From NCBI GenBank assembly GCA_951406725.2, contig OX597839.1, positions 40,610,001-40,674,000 of the forward strand: a stretch of 64,000 bases of DNA. Direction: 5' to 3'. The notes under the pieces were generated by a model. That model was given only the letters and a program-made list of their open reading frames with translations, did no database searches and was not told the DNA's origin. This document shows, one piece after another, positions 13,039 to 27,467 of this stretch (positions within the stretch are counted from its first letter, which is position 1; the number at the start of each line of letters is the position of its first letter). The position numbers and the translations under genes are program-made. The DNA comes from Octopus vulgaris. Taxonomy: Eukaryota.

Positions 13039-13480
13039 ATATATTAGAAAATCCTTTGTGGGGATTTTGGTCGGAAAAAAATGTAAATTTTTTAGAGTAC
13101 TAATTTAATGTAATGCTGTTAAAAATGTAAGTCAGTAAAGAGTGTTTTTTTTTTTTCTATGGTTTATGAGAAAGGTGGATTGTTGGGTATTGGTGAGATA
13201 TTAACAAGTCCAGCTCTTAGAAAAGATTGTTGATTTGAAGTGTTTTAATGTTTTTAAGGTTTTTGCGCTTGCATGAAGAGACTGGTTCGCAGTTTCGGTT
13301 CCGTATTTGATATATGAATGTTAGAATGTGGTAGGACTCATTTGTACAAGGTTTGCTGGGTTTTTTATTACACTAGTATGGTTGCGTGAGAGTTCTTGCC
13401 TAAGAGTAATAATTTCCATCTTTAAGATATGTGTTTTTGTATGTATGTATTTATGTACATATGCATGTATGTAAAAATGC

Positions 13481-13553
<73 letters not shown>

Positions 13554-13570
13554 TATACATATATATACTA

Positions 13571-13986
13571 TTTACTCTCTTTTACTCTTTTACTTGTTTC
13601 AGTCATTTGACTGCAGCCATGCCGGAGCACCGTCTTTAGTCGAGCAAATCGATCCCAAGACTTATTCTTTGTAAGCCCAGTACTTATTCTATCGGTCTCT
13701 TTTGACGAACCGCTAAGTGACGGGGACGTAAACACACCAGCATCGGTTGTCAAGCAATGCTAGGGAGACAAAGACAGACACACAAGCACATACACGCATA
13801 TATATATATATATATATATATACGACGGGCTTCTTTCAGTTTCCGTCGACCAAATCCACTCACAAGGCTCTGGTCGGCCCGGGGCTATAGCAGAAGACAC
13901 TTGCCCAAGGTGCCACGCAGTGGGACTGAACCCGGAACTATGTGGTTGGTTAGCAAGCTACTTACCACACAGCCACTCCTGCGCCT
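13571..13986 (-). mobile_element. SINE type A, full length
   Basis: Reverse complement of the head aggcgcaggagtggctgtgtggtaag and of the tail aagtaaaagagta. Confidence 0.9.
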
Positions 13987-14097
13987 ATGTGTATATATAT
14001 ATATATATATGTAGGTCCCGGGTTGATTCGGGGTTAACCACAGTAAATAAGGTACTCAATACATAGCAGAGTAAAATTAATTTATTATATAAAAGGA

Positions 14098-14146
14098 GCT
14101 TCTACAGGACTAGAACTGTTTCATTCAAGAGAAATCATCAGGAAGC
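14098..14146 (-). ncRNA. Type I hammerhead ribozyme motif, mirror copy of 14154-14202
   Basis: Left arm of the 67-bp inverted repeat 14080-14146/14154-14220. Confidence 0.75.
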
Positions 14147-14153
14147 TCATCAG

Positions 14154-14202
14154 GCTTCCTGATGATTTCTCTTGAATGAAACAGTTCTAGTCCTGTAGAA
14201 GC
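14154..14202 (+). ncRNA. Type I hammerhead ribozyme motif
   Basis: Stem I gcttc/gaagc; core CTGATGA 14159-14165; stem II ttc-tctt-gaa closed by U.U; GAAA 14178-14181; stem III cag/ctg; predicted cleavage after GUA at 14197. Confidence 0.75.
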
Positions 14203-14218
14203 TCCTTCTATATAATAA

Positions 14219-14311
<93 letters not shown>

Positions 14312-14500
14312 TGTATGCATAGGATTCCGATTGTAGGTTATGATGACGTAGGAGAAAATGAGATAAAACGAAAGAAGGAAAGAAATTAAGAAAGAAAAGA
14401 TGAAGAGGTACGCCTGTGTGGTTCGAACATACATACACACCATTTCTCTCTTGATATACATCGTAGGTGACATTCCTTACCCCCTTCTCTCACTCTCATC

Positions 14501-14543
<43 letters not shown>

Positions 14544-15051
14544 TCTTTTCTTTACTTATATATTTACCTATCTTATTAACAAAATATACACACATCCACA
14601 CATGCACGCACACTCGTATATCTACCACCTATTTCAATAAAATGGCTTCCACTAACTTTTTAAACATTTTCTTCATAAACTTTTTATTTATTATTTATTC
14701 AAATGTTTATTTATTCGTGAATATCTTTTACAAATATTTCCAACTGTTATATATACTTCAAAGACGATCACCGCCTTTATTTAAAATTCCCGAAGAAAAT
14801 TTTATATTTTATTTTTAGGTTCCTTTTATAGAAAAATAATATTTATACTTTCCTATTGCTTAAAAAGATCATACTGAAGGAAACAGTATTTGTAAAGATA
14901 CGAAAAGTATTTTTAATATATTTTCTCAACATGAAATGCTTTGAGCAGTTGAATTTTAATAGTAAACTCCTTGTCAGAGCAATATAAATTCAAATACATG
15001 TATACACACATACACACACACAGATAAAAGTAAAGATTACGCATGTGCATA

Positions 15052-15085
<34 letters not shown>

Positions 15086-15104
15086 GGTTATGTACATTAG
15101 TAGT

Positions 15105-15192
<88 letters not shown>

Positions 15193-15220
15193 AGAGAGAG
15201 AGAGGGAGAGAGTGAAAGGG

Positions 15221-15290
15221 AGAGAGCGAATGTCCGAAACGTCGAAATAATTAACTCTTTCCATTTCCCTGAGCATCAAACTAATAACTC
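15221..15290 (+). mobile_element. Degenerate Penelope-like pLTR fragment with the 3' half of a hammerhead
   Basis: agagcgaatgtccGAAACGTC...ttccctgagcatcaaactaata aligns by eye with 43738-43800. Confidence 0.5.
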
Positions 15291-15339
15291 TGATAGTGAA
15301 CTTACGCCATCATATTCTTTCTTCTTTTTTCTTCGATAT

Positions 15340-15414
<75 letters not shown>

Positions 15415-15427
15415 TACATACATGCAT

Positions 15428-15470
<43 letters not shown>

Positions 15471-15728
15471 AGACGCACACACATATATATACATATATAC
15501 ATATGACACAGAGGGAGACAGAAATATATGTATGTATATATATATATAAATATATATATATTTGTACATACACACACATGTATAGACATGTGACAACATG
15601 AATATGCTTGTATACATAATTACATTAGTGTACGTGTTAAAGGGGAAGTAAAAGTTTATATATATGCATGTATATACACACACATATATATGTATATATA
15701 TATATATATATATATTTACATACGTATG

Positions 15729-15777
<49 letters not shown>

Positions 15778-16165
15778 TGCATTTTTTGTTAGTTCCCAAC
15801 AGATAGCAGTACCCGGGAATTTGTTATTCTGTTTTAAGGCTTCTCCATGTGATATAGCCGCCACACAACTAGTATCAAATCCGTCGCCAACACATCTTGC
15901 CTGGCTTCCGGAATGTATATTTTTGCCTCCGCAGGTATGGAACCCAGGTATGCGATTGGCAACATTTTTAAAGTAACTTTCAATAGCCTTCGTGTTCAAA
16001 TAAATTTGATTCTCTACAAAAATGTATTGGATGGTCTGTCACTTCATATTTTAGTGAATTTTTATTTAGAGCAGTGTATAGTAAATATTAAAATAATATC
16101 TCTATCTAAATGTATGCCTGCATACATACATACATGCATATATATATATATATATATACAAATAT

Positions 16166-16233
<68 letters not shown>

Positions 16234-16259
16234 GTCTATATATACATAGTATATACATA

Positions 16260-16301
<42 letters not shown>

Positions 16302-16358
16302 TATATATATATACAAATATATATATATGTATATGCTTATATATACATCCATACATAA

Positions 16359-16390
<32 letters not shown>

Positions 16391-17060
16391 TTACATATAT
16401 ATATACATGTATATATAGGACTTGTAACTGAAATTGGTATGCTAATTCTGTGCGGAAACCCATCGCGTAGAGACATGTGTATGTTTGCGCGTATTTATGA
16501 AAAGAGAATGTCATATACGTGCGTGTGTCTGTGTATGTGTATGTGTGTGCGTGTGTGTGTGTGTGTGTGTGCGTGTGTGTGTGTGTGTGAGTGTGTCTTT
16601 GTGAAAGTCTAGCAATAAATTTATTTAAAACTATTTTTAAACGTAACTATATCACTGTATGCTTTTACAGATAAGTAGAAATAAATAAATTTAAATACAT
16701 ACATTCATACATACACACATATATATAATTATATATCTAAATACATTTCTACATAAATATTTATACAAATATTTTCACACATCTATGAATATTTGATTGT
16801 ATATAAAATATCATATACTACGGCACATAGAAATCTTCTGCAAAGGTGGGTAGGAACCTTTCAAACTAGATTAAGCAATAAAATTTAGCGAAAAAGAAGA
16901 CGCTTTCTTGAGGAAACATAAACTTTAAATTATACATTCGCTTATAGTTTATTATATTTATTAATAGTGTAGAAAATCTGAAATAGATGGTTGTTGTATG
17001 TGTTGAAGCAGTAATTGGATCACACCTTGTTTATGTAATAATATTTCTAAACTCATTTTG

Positions 17061-17179
<119 letters not shown>

Positions 17180-17382
17180 CATACATATATATATATATAT
17201 ACACACACATACATATATATATATATACATGTATGTATATATGTATGTGTGTGTATGTGTGTGTGCGTGCATACATATATACGTATATGTGTATAAGCAT
17301 TTATGTATACAATGTATGTGCGTCTATATATATATATATGCATGTATATTTAAATAAATAAATAAATATATATATAAACATG

Positions 17383-17413
<31 letters not shown>

Positions 17414-17546
17414 CGCATATATAAGTCATACTTGTACATATGTGTGCTTTTTGCATATATTAACATAGAAACGTGTACAATGGTCCACATATAAATATAT
17501 ACATATATATATGTATATATATTTATATATATACATATATATATAT

Positions 17547-17615
<69 letters not shown>

Positions 17616-18225
17616 CAAATATATATATATATATTTATTGATTTACTTATAAGCACACACATTCATAAAATTCAAGCATAAATCTAGAAATTCTTCCCCG
17701 TTATGCTAATAGCAATACGTTCCAACAATGCAACGAAATTTGCGATGGCTACATTTTATAATAGCCCCGATTTCCTCTCTTTTATACTGGAAATATACGG
17801 GTGTTGTATTCGGGTGTCCCTTCACACACTTCATTAATTTCTTCTTCCACCCCATATACATACAAAGAATGTTTCATAAGATATATTTTTATATTTAATT
17901 GCGCAGCCTTCTTTTGAGGTATATATTTATTTGTTATTGTGTGATGTTCGTCTCTACCGCATTATCTCAAAATATAACATACGTTTCATACAAAAATGTA
18001 ACATATTTTTCCTGTGTGTATTCATGTATGTATGTATGTGTGTGGGTGTATGTATGTTTGCTCCTATTTTTTTTCTCTATTTTTTACCTTTACCTAGTTT
18101 CAGGTGTTAGACTGCGGCAACGCTGGAGCTTAACTTCGGAGGGTTTTAACCGAACAATTCAACGCCAGTACTTATCTTTTGTAAAAAAAAAAAAATAAAT
18201 TCTAAAGCTTACCCCATCTATACAT

Positions 18226-18633
18226 AGGCGCAGGAGTGGCTGTGTGGTAAGTAGCTTGCTCACAAACCACATGGTTCCGGGTTCAGTCCCACTGCGTGGT
18301 ACCTTGGGCAAGTATCTTCTACTATAGCATCAGGCCGACCAAAGCCTTGTGAGTGAATTTGGTAGACGGAAAATGAAAAGAAGCCCGTCGTATATATGTA
18401 TATGTATGTATATATATGTGTGTGTGTTTGTGTGTCTGTTTGTCCCCACCCCAACATCGCTCGACAACCGATGCTGGTGTGTTTACGTACCCGTAACTTA
18501 GCGGTTAGACAAAAGGCGACCGATAGAATAAGTGCTAGGCTTACGAAGAATAAGTCCTGGGATCGATTTGTTCGACTAAAAGGCGTTGCTCCAGCATGGC
18601 CGCAGTCAAATGACTGAAACAAGTAAAAGAGTA
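18226..18633 (+). mobile_element. SINE type A, full length
   Basis: Head, internal microsatellite and tail are all present. Confidence 0.9.
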
Positions 18634-18674
18634 TCTTTGCCTTGTGCCGAAATCCCTAAGTTGTGTTATCTTCC

Positions 18675-18798
18675 GCCGGAGCCGCGTGGGGCTTAGGTGT
18701 TTCGCTCATAAACACACACGTCTCCCGGTCTGAGATTCGAACCCACGATCCCTCGACTGCGAGTCCGCTGCTCTAACCACTAGGCCATGTGCCTCCAC
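18675..18798 (-). mobile_element. SINE type B head
   Basis: Reverse complement of gtggaggcacatggcctagtggttagagcagcggactcgc...ggttcgaatc. Confidence 0.8.
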
Positions 18799-19329
18799 GT
18801 AACCAACATTTGCTTATGAATAAAAACTCAACTTCCAACTTATAGTATTCGTACACTTGAAGCTGATATTAGTAACTTGTAGTGTGCTGAAAAAAAAAAA
18901 AAAAATTAATGCCGGTAATTATATTAAATTTATAATTTAACTTTAAATTACAAAATTACATATCTTGAAAACTACACTAATCACTTGCTTAGTTTGATTT
19001 CAATGCACTAATTAACGTTTTTAAATAAATTGTATACACCTATTTATTAATTTATTTTTTTTTTTTTTTGTAATTTTAAATTTTACCGTTGATGCTTAGG
19101 AAGGAAATATCGTAGAAGCTTTGATTATTACTTCACTAAATAATTAATTAATATAAACTTATTTTGATATTAATTTTTGAATTATGTTATTTATTTTTGA
19201 ATCATGGAATTAAATCAGCACATAAAACTTTATATAACTATCATAGAAGAAGAGAATGGACTAAGCGGAGCAGGAGCACTCACGAGGACGCAAAGTGACA
19301 CTGAAGAGGTCACAGATGTGTGACGAAAG

Positions 19330-19590
19330 GTGGCGAGCTGGCAGACCGTTAGCACGCCGGGTGAAATGCGTAGCCGTATTTCGTCTGGCGTTACGTTCTG
19401 AGTTCAAATTCCGCCACGGTCGACTTTGCCTTTCATCCTTTCGGGGTCGATAAATTAAGTACCAGTTATGCACTGGGGTCGATAAATTAAGTACCAGTTA
19501 TGCACTGGGGTCGATATAAGCGACTTAATCCCTTTGTCTGTCCTTGTTTGTCCCCTCTATGTTTAGCCCCTTGTGGGTAATAAAGAAACG
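19330..19590 (+). mobile_element. SINE type D with a 15-bp TSD and an internal 32-bp duplication
   Basis: TSD gatgtgtgacgaaag at 19315-19329 and 19591-19605. ggggtcgataaattaagtaccagttatgcact is repeated. Confidence 0.9.
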
Positions 19591-19717
19591 GATGTGTGAC
19601 GAAAGATTTCCGGACAATGGACATCAGTTAGAATGAGAACAGTAATAAACGAGTGAATAATGAAAATATAAAGTGCGTGTGTTTATTTGGCAAAAAGGAA
19701 AACAAAACTGTGAACAT

Positions 19718-19870
19718 CTGATCAATAAGTATCCGGACTGTTTTAACGTTCTAGCTCACTACAGCAGTTATTGGAAGGAATGTGTGTAGCGTGTGATCAT
19801 CGCATTGAGCGTCACAGAGAAAATTGAGCAGAGAATCTGCATCAAATTTTGCCAAAAGCTTGGCGATTAC
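19718..19870 (+). mobile_element. Mariner left end and transposase N-terminus remnant
   Basis: TEKIEQRICIKFCQKLGD, downstream of a TIR-like gatcaataagtatccggactg. Confidence 0.75.
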
Positions 19871-20100
19871 CAGCTCAGTGCCCTACACAATGTTTTTAAA
19901 AACTTTTCATCTTTCTCGACACAATCAAGGAGATCTTGTGCAGCTGAAACCCGAGTGTCTTTTTGGTCAGCTGAAATCAGTTTCGGCACAAACTTGGCAG
20001 ACACGCGTCTCATACCCAAATCTTCAGTGATAATGGACTGAACTGAACCATAACTAATCTGCAGATCCTCAGATAACTCAAGGATGACGATTTCTCCTCA
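19871..20100 (-). mobile_element. Mariner transposase fragment (second HTH and linker), inverted
   Basis: Minus strand reads ELSEDLQISYGSVQSIITEDLGMRRVSAKFVPKL...AQDLLDCVEKDEKFLKT. Confidence 0.8.
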
Positions 20101-20373
20101 CAGCTGCATACCTTCCAATATACATACATATACATATCAATATATTTATTTACAACATTTAATAAAATGATGTAGTACGAAACGATCGTACCAAATTACC
20201 AAAGATATTCTTGTTGCTTATTTTGATTATAATCACCCCACGGATTTTTATGGATAACACCATACAAAATTCTGGTGCATCTAAATTATGTACCATATTC
20301 ATTTGAATCTAAATTTTTGCCGAACTTATATATATATATATGTGTGTGTATGTATATTACCATATGTATATGC

Positions 20374-20436
<63 letters not shown>

Positions 20437-20835
20437 TATAACTGTATATATATATATACATACACATATATATATATACGTATGTGTGCGTGTGCATGTG
20501 TGTGTTTGTGTGTGTGTTTTTGCATATCATATTGTCTCAAATACTTTCTATTTAAATAAGAACTGTTCAAAAACAGAGAGGATAAGGAAAACAATTGCAG
20601 GAAAAAAGTTTTGCGTTCCATACAGAAGATGACTAGTTATCTCGAGGGAATGTCCTAGAAAAAAAAGGAAGGAAAGATAAACAAAAACAATAATTAAAAT
20701 ACAATAAAAATAAGTTGATCATAAGAATAAAGAACTAATATTATCAAAGAAAACATAAAATTGTTTATGCATTTTGCAAATTCATCCTGCGATTAAAAAT
20801 GGTGGCTCATAATTCTATGAAGTCTGACAGATATG

Positions 20836-20900
<65 letters not shown>

Positions 20901-21084
20901 ATGCATGTATGTATATATATGTGTCTGTTTCTGTATGTGTACGTGTATATGTATACATATACTTACGCATATATAGGTATGCACATATATGTTTATATAT
21001 ATGTGTGTATGTATATATATGTGTGTGTGTGTATCTGTCTACCTATATATATATCTATATCTATATATATAGATAGATAGATAG

Positions 21085-21620
21085 ATACATACATACATAC
21101 ATACATCCATCCATCCATACATACATACATACATACATCCATACATACATCCATCCATCCATCCATACATACATACATACATACATACATACATACATAC
21201 ATCCATCCATACATACATACATACATACATCCATACATACATACATACATACATACATACATACATACATACATACATACATACATACATACATACATAC
21301 ATACATACATACATCCATCCATCCATCCATACATACATACATACATACATCCATACATCCATCCATCCATACATACATACATACATACATGCATACATAC
21401 ATACATACATCCATACATCCATCCATCCATCCATACATACATACATGCATGCATACATACATACATACATACATACATACATACATACATGCATACATAC
21501 ATACATACATCCATACATCCATCCATCCATCCATCCATCCATGCATGCATGCATGCATACATACATACATACATACATACATACATACATACATACATAC
21601 ATACATACATACATACACAC
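21085..21620. repeat. Compound (ATAC)n/(ATCC)n microsatellite
   Basis: Direct reading. Confidence 0.95.
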
Positions 21621-22194
21621 ATACTATATATATATATATATATTCACATGTATGTATGTACGTATGTAAAGTTATTATACTGTCTATTCAAGCTAATGGC
21701 GATGTGTTTACAATGTATTAACCGAATTCTTTTTTCTTTGTTTCTTTCTTTTTTTTTGTTTGTTTTGGTAGAATAATTCTTAGAAAAAACATCTTTCTTT
21801 TAGAACCCGAGAACAAATAATTAATATTAGTCAGATTGGAAACCGAAAACCGGAAATTCATCAGATTATTTCGCACAATTGCTGTAATAAATTAAAAATA
21901 ATTAACCTCACCAACTTGTTTGAGTGCAACAAACGAAGCACTTATACATCATATAAGTATTTTGGCTGACTTATTTTCATTTAAGGGCTTGACACTAAAT
22001 TCAGTTCAACATCGAACTAAGTAAACTTCCTTATTTAATCTTTTATTGTTTGGTTCTCTTATTCTTTTATTTGTTTCTGTCATTAGACTGCGCCCATGGT
22101 GGAGCACCGACTTAAAGTTTTTTTCTCAGTCAAACAAATCGACCCCAGGATTTATTCATTGCAATCCTAGCGCTTATTCTATCGGTCATATTTA

Positions 22195-22211
22195 TAATAA
22201 TAATGATGATG

Positions 22212-22298
<87 letters not shown>

Positions 22299-22443
22299 TT
22301 AATGATAATAATAATAATAATCATAATAATAATAATAAGTAGAAGAAGAAGAAGAAGAAGAAGTAGAAGAAGACGAAGAGGAAGAGGAAGAAGAAGAAGA
22401 AGAAGAAGAAGAAGAAGAAGAAGAAGAAGAAGAAGAAGAAGAG
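22195..22443. repeat. (AAT)n followed by (GAA)n
   Basis: Direct reading. Confidence 0.95.
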
Positions 22444-22670
22444 GTTAACCAAAGTAATCGACGTAAACAAACCAGCGCCGGTAGTTGGGTGACGTTATGT
22501 AACAAAGAAACACAGAAACTCACACATAGATATCTATGTATGGATAGATGCGTCCATGTATGTATGCACATATGTATGTGCCTATCTATGTATATATGGG
22601 CATATGATATATGTATGTATGGATGGATGCATGCATGTGGCGTAGGTACAAAAAATTACACACAGTGTTG

Positions 22671-22768
22671 AAAATTTGCGACAGCTGTTTCAGTAGAATT
22701 TATTTTAATTTAGTCATAAAACAATACTTCATAATAAATTACAAACCACCATCATCAGATAAAATTTT
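22671..22768 (-). ncRNA. Hammerhead ribozyme motif with long AU-rich stem II
   Basis: Minus strand: aaaattttat CTGATGA t ggtgg..ctact GAAA cagctg TC gcaaatttt. Stem III is the palindrome ACAGCTGT with a GUC site; stem I is imperfect. Confidence 0.6.
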
Positions 22769-23102
22769 AAGCTGGCAAGATTTTATACAGGTACGATCAA
22801 TCAGGATACATCCTACAATAGTTGGGATGGTGTTGGATTCAAGTTCTACATCAAGATTTATGGGAGAATTAGATGATGTGCTATGAAATGTCATGCAGTA
22901 TCTGTCTGTCTACGAAATTCACTTACAAGATATTTATCGGTCGGTAGTTATACGGGAAAATAAGTTCCCGAGGTACTACTTTGTGGGTCTGAATTTGTAA
23001 GCACTTGGTGGCAACGCCAGCTTCTTAACCACACACGCGCATAAACATATATGTATTTGTCTCTTTAGCTAGCTAGCTAGCTATCGATCGATTTATAGAT
23101 AA

Positions 23103-23152
<50 letters not shown>

Positions 23153-23161
23153 GGATAGATG

Positions 23162-23265
<104 letters not shown>

Positions 23266-23479
23266 TTGATATAGATATATCGGTGTCAATATTATTTATG
23301 CTATATAATTTCTAATTTCCAATGAAACGAAATTGAACGGTGAATATAATTAGGTTAATTTCTAGAGGAGTAAACATAAACGTTTTTTTTTAATGGTAAT
23401 TAGATTTAATTAGAGTCTTATTGCAACAGAAAACAACACAGACATAGAGAATTACAGACAGTGAGACAGACAGTCATAT

Positions 23480-23561
<82 letters not shown>

Positions 23562-23975
23562 GTATATATATATATTTATATATGTGTGTGTGTGTAGGGG
23601 TTTATACTTAGCAGAACATACAATATATATTAAAGACAATGAAAAACTATGTAACCAATTTAATTTCTTGAATTTCATTTTATGGACACATAATGTATTT
23701 TTTGAAAGAGTTCCTTCTATACTTTGTGTGTATTTGTGTGTATTCTATATATATACACAGAGAAACATACGCACACGTAATTATATGTGTAAATAATTAT
23801 ATATACATGCGTAAATAGATGTATATTGTATTACGTATTTAATGTGTATATGCCCTCTACACACATGTATTCATGAAAATACACGCACACAAACATGTAT
23901 ATGTATATACGTGTATGTGTATGCCTATAATTATATATATATGCATTTATATGTGTGAATGCATGTGTATGTACG

Positions 23976-24071
<96 letters not shown>

Positions 24072-24401
24072 GGTACGTAGACACACTTTATATTTTTTTG
24101 CTCTGAATTAAGTTAATGAACATATATGGACGTCAGCCTCTACGTGAATACATGTGTGCGTGTGTGTATGTGTGTGTGTAAAAGGAGAAAACAACAACAG
24201 TAACACGAACAACACCAATGGTTTCTGTACACAAGACAATGTCTACAACATTAGCTTTAATTTGAACGCAGCCTGCTTGTACTTTAAGCAAGTTACTAAT
24301 GTTTCCTGAGAATTCTCTGCTATGACGATCTTGTAATGGAATTAATATAGACTGCAAAAAATACGATGATTTTAATAATTATAATGTTTGGTGATGCTGA
24401 C

Positions 24402-24820
<419 letters not shown>

Positions 24821-24822
<2 letters not shown>

Positions 24823-25106
24823 GCCACATGAGCAGAATGGTTGCAAGCGTACGTGCAGAGGTACCAAGGATCAACTCCTGGTAGACAAAACTGTACTTAG
24901 AGACAGCAAAAGGAGGAAAAGTAACTTAGCCGTGTCATGGATCGACTATCGTAAGGCGTACGATATGATCCCACATTCTTGGATTATGGAGTGTATGAAC
25001 CTGTTTGGTATTGCATCGAATGCTGAGCGATTGCTTGGAAAAAGTATGGCGAGGTGAAGGACGGAGCTGACGGCATATGGTAGAAGTTTGGGGACAATAG
25101 AAATCA
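24821..25106 (+). pseudogene. R4/Dong-like reverse transcriptase fragment abutting (TAA)n
   Basis: [38 protein letters not shown], then an in-frame stop. Dong-type elements are known to target (TAA)n. Confidence 0.85.
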
Positions 25107-25514
25107 AGTCCTTGCGACGATTTGTTCGACTAAACTTCATGAAAGCAGTGTCTCAACATGGCCGCTTTCCAATGACTAAAACAAGTACAAGATTCAAGAT
25201 GTTTAAACTAGCTTTGACCATCCCAGTTAATCCTCAACCACAATACGTCATGGATTAGTGAAGGTAGACTTTATACTATGGATAGGATTTAAATGGCTTA
25301 GACACATTATTTGTCTTGTTTCTTTATTTAATTCCTGTTCTGTATATGAAATTATGAAGTAGAAATATTGTTGATTCAATAATTTGGAATGGAGGGAAAA
25401 AAATCATTATTCAAAATTTCTTAGATCTTGTACGATATAAAGTTATACACACACACGCACACACACACACGTTCACACACACACGCACACGCATACGCAC
25501 ATACGCAATCGTTT

Positions 25515-25885
25515 TCTTCGTCTGCCGCAAAGGCATTTTTTTCCAAATACGCCTACTAAGCTAAGTTGAACTGTCTAAAGTCGTAAGACATCCGCTGTTT
25601 TTGTCCTCTTATTACTATTATTGTTTTTTGTATTTATATTCGTGTGGCATCGTTCATTTTTGTGTCCTTGTTTCGTATACATTCGATCCTTTTTCCAAGA
25701 AATCTAATGCTCGTAGCTTAGTTTTTCCTTGGGGCTGGCCGGATCGGAGCGATCTCAAGATTAATCTGCCGAAATTGCGGGGATGATCCGGTTCTTGACT
25801 GAAGATTAGAGGCTTCGAATGACCCGTCCGTTTTTTGTGTCGTTTCTTTGAGTGTTTTGCGTTCTTGTCCCATTCTGTATTTTTT
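25515..25885 (+). mobile_element. About 370-bp non-coding dispersed repeat, family E copy 1
   Basis: Near-collinear with the reverse complement of 59281-59659. Flanked by microsatellites. Confidence 0.85.
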
Positions 25886-25899
25886 TATATATATTTTTT

Positions 25900-25940
<41 letters not shown>

Positions 25941-26284
25941 CATAAACGTAAATATCCAATGATGAGGATGAATGCTCAATACCACGTTGTGGATAGAATT
26001 TATTTGCATATTAAGATTACCATTGGTTTCATGTTCAGAAACGAACACCATTCTTCCATGTAATCGGCTTGAGAAATTGTTAAGATATCAAGATTTTTTC
26101 TTAACATGAAACCAGTATTGTTGCGTTTATTGATATGTCTATATGTAGAATTATGGTTAGATATTCCTTTGGACAACTGAGATAAAGAAATACCTGTATA
26201 AAAAAATAATAGAGGTCAGAACCGGAGGTAATTTTACATTGATAAACAAAGTTACTAGTCTTATCAGTTCGGCAAATAAATATG

Positions 26285-26733
26285 CGGCCACGTGATTTCT
26301 AGTTCAGTTGCATTGCGCGACATCTTGGGCAAGTGGCTTCTAGTATAGTTCCTGCTTGATCCGTATCTTGTCAGTGAATTTGGTTTACGAAAGCTGCTTG
26401 GAAGCCCGTCAGATGTGCGTGTGTGTGTATTTGTGTGTGTGTGTGTGTGTGTATCGGTGTTTGTATTTGTCTTCCCGACATCACCTGACACCAGGTGAGG
26501 ATATGTTTACAGTGCCATAATTTAGCAGTTCGGCAAAAGAAAAATCACTTGAATAAGTACCAGACTTAGGCGTAGGAGTGGCTGTGTGGTAAGTAGCTTG
26601 CTTACCAATCACATGGTTCCGGGTTCAGTCCCACTGCGTGGCATCTTGGGCAAGTGTCTTCTACTATAGCCTCGGGCCGACCAAAGCTTTGTGATTGGAT
26701 TTGGTAGACGGAAACTGAAAGAAACCCGTCGTA

Positions 26734-26802
<69 letters not shown>

Positions 26803-27032
26803 ATGTGTATATGTTTGTGTGTCAGTGCTTGTCCCCCTAGCATTGCTTGACAACCGATGCTGGTGTGTTTACGTCCCCTGTAACTTAGCGGTTCGGCAAA
26901 AGAGACCGATAGAATAAGTACCAGGCTTACAAAGAATAAGTCCTGGGGTCGATTTGCTCGACAAAAAGGTGGTAACCCAGCATGGCCACAGTTAGGTGAC
27001 TGAAACAAGTAAAAGAGTAAAGAGTAAAGAGT
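26285..27032 (+). mobile_element. Old SINE type A (26285-26567) followed by a young full-length SINE type A (26568-27032)
   Basis: Two successive catcttgggcaagtg heads. Confidence 0.85.
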
Positions 27033-27436
27033 TATAAAATAAGTCCTGGGGGAGGGGTCGCTTTGATGAGTTTTTACTCAATAAATCGACCCCTTCAACG
27101 TGGTACTCCAACATGACGGCAGTCAAATGATTGAAACGAATACAAGGTAAAGAGTATATACTTCATGTATCAAACAGTTATTAACATCAACATCCTTATC
27201 ACTGCCACCACCACCACCACCACCACCATCATCATCATCACTATCATCATTATCATTAGCACCATCATCATTATATATATATATACATACACACACATAC
27301 ACATGTATAAATATATATATATATACGTATGAATATATATAAATATATATACAAATACACACGAATATATATATACATATATACGTATGTATATATATAT
27401 ATTTATATATATATATATGTGTGTGTATGTATTTAT

Positions 27437-27467
<31 letters not shown>

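Noticed and set aside
15775-16010. Unique island with a 74-aa minus-strand ORF as a possible host exon
   Set aside because: No recognisable domain or partner exons; it cannot be distinguished from a decayed TE without a search.
25737-25830. HDV-like ribozyme (ggccggat/atccggtt, CGAAUG)
   Set aside because: The P3/L3 and P1.1 elements could not be placed.
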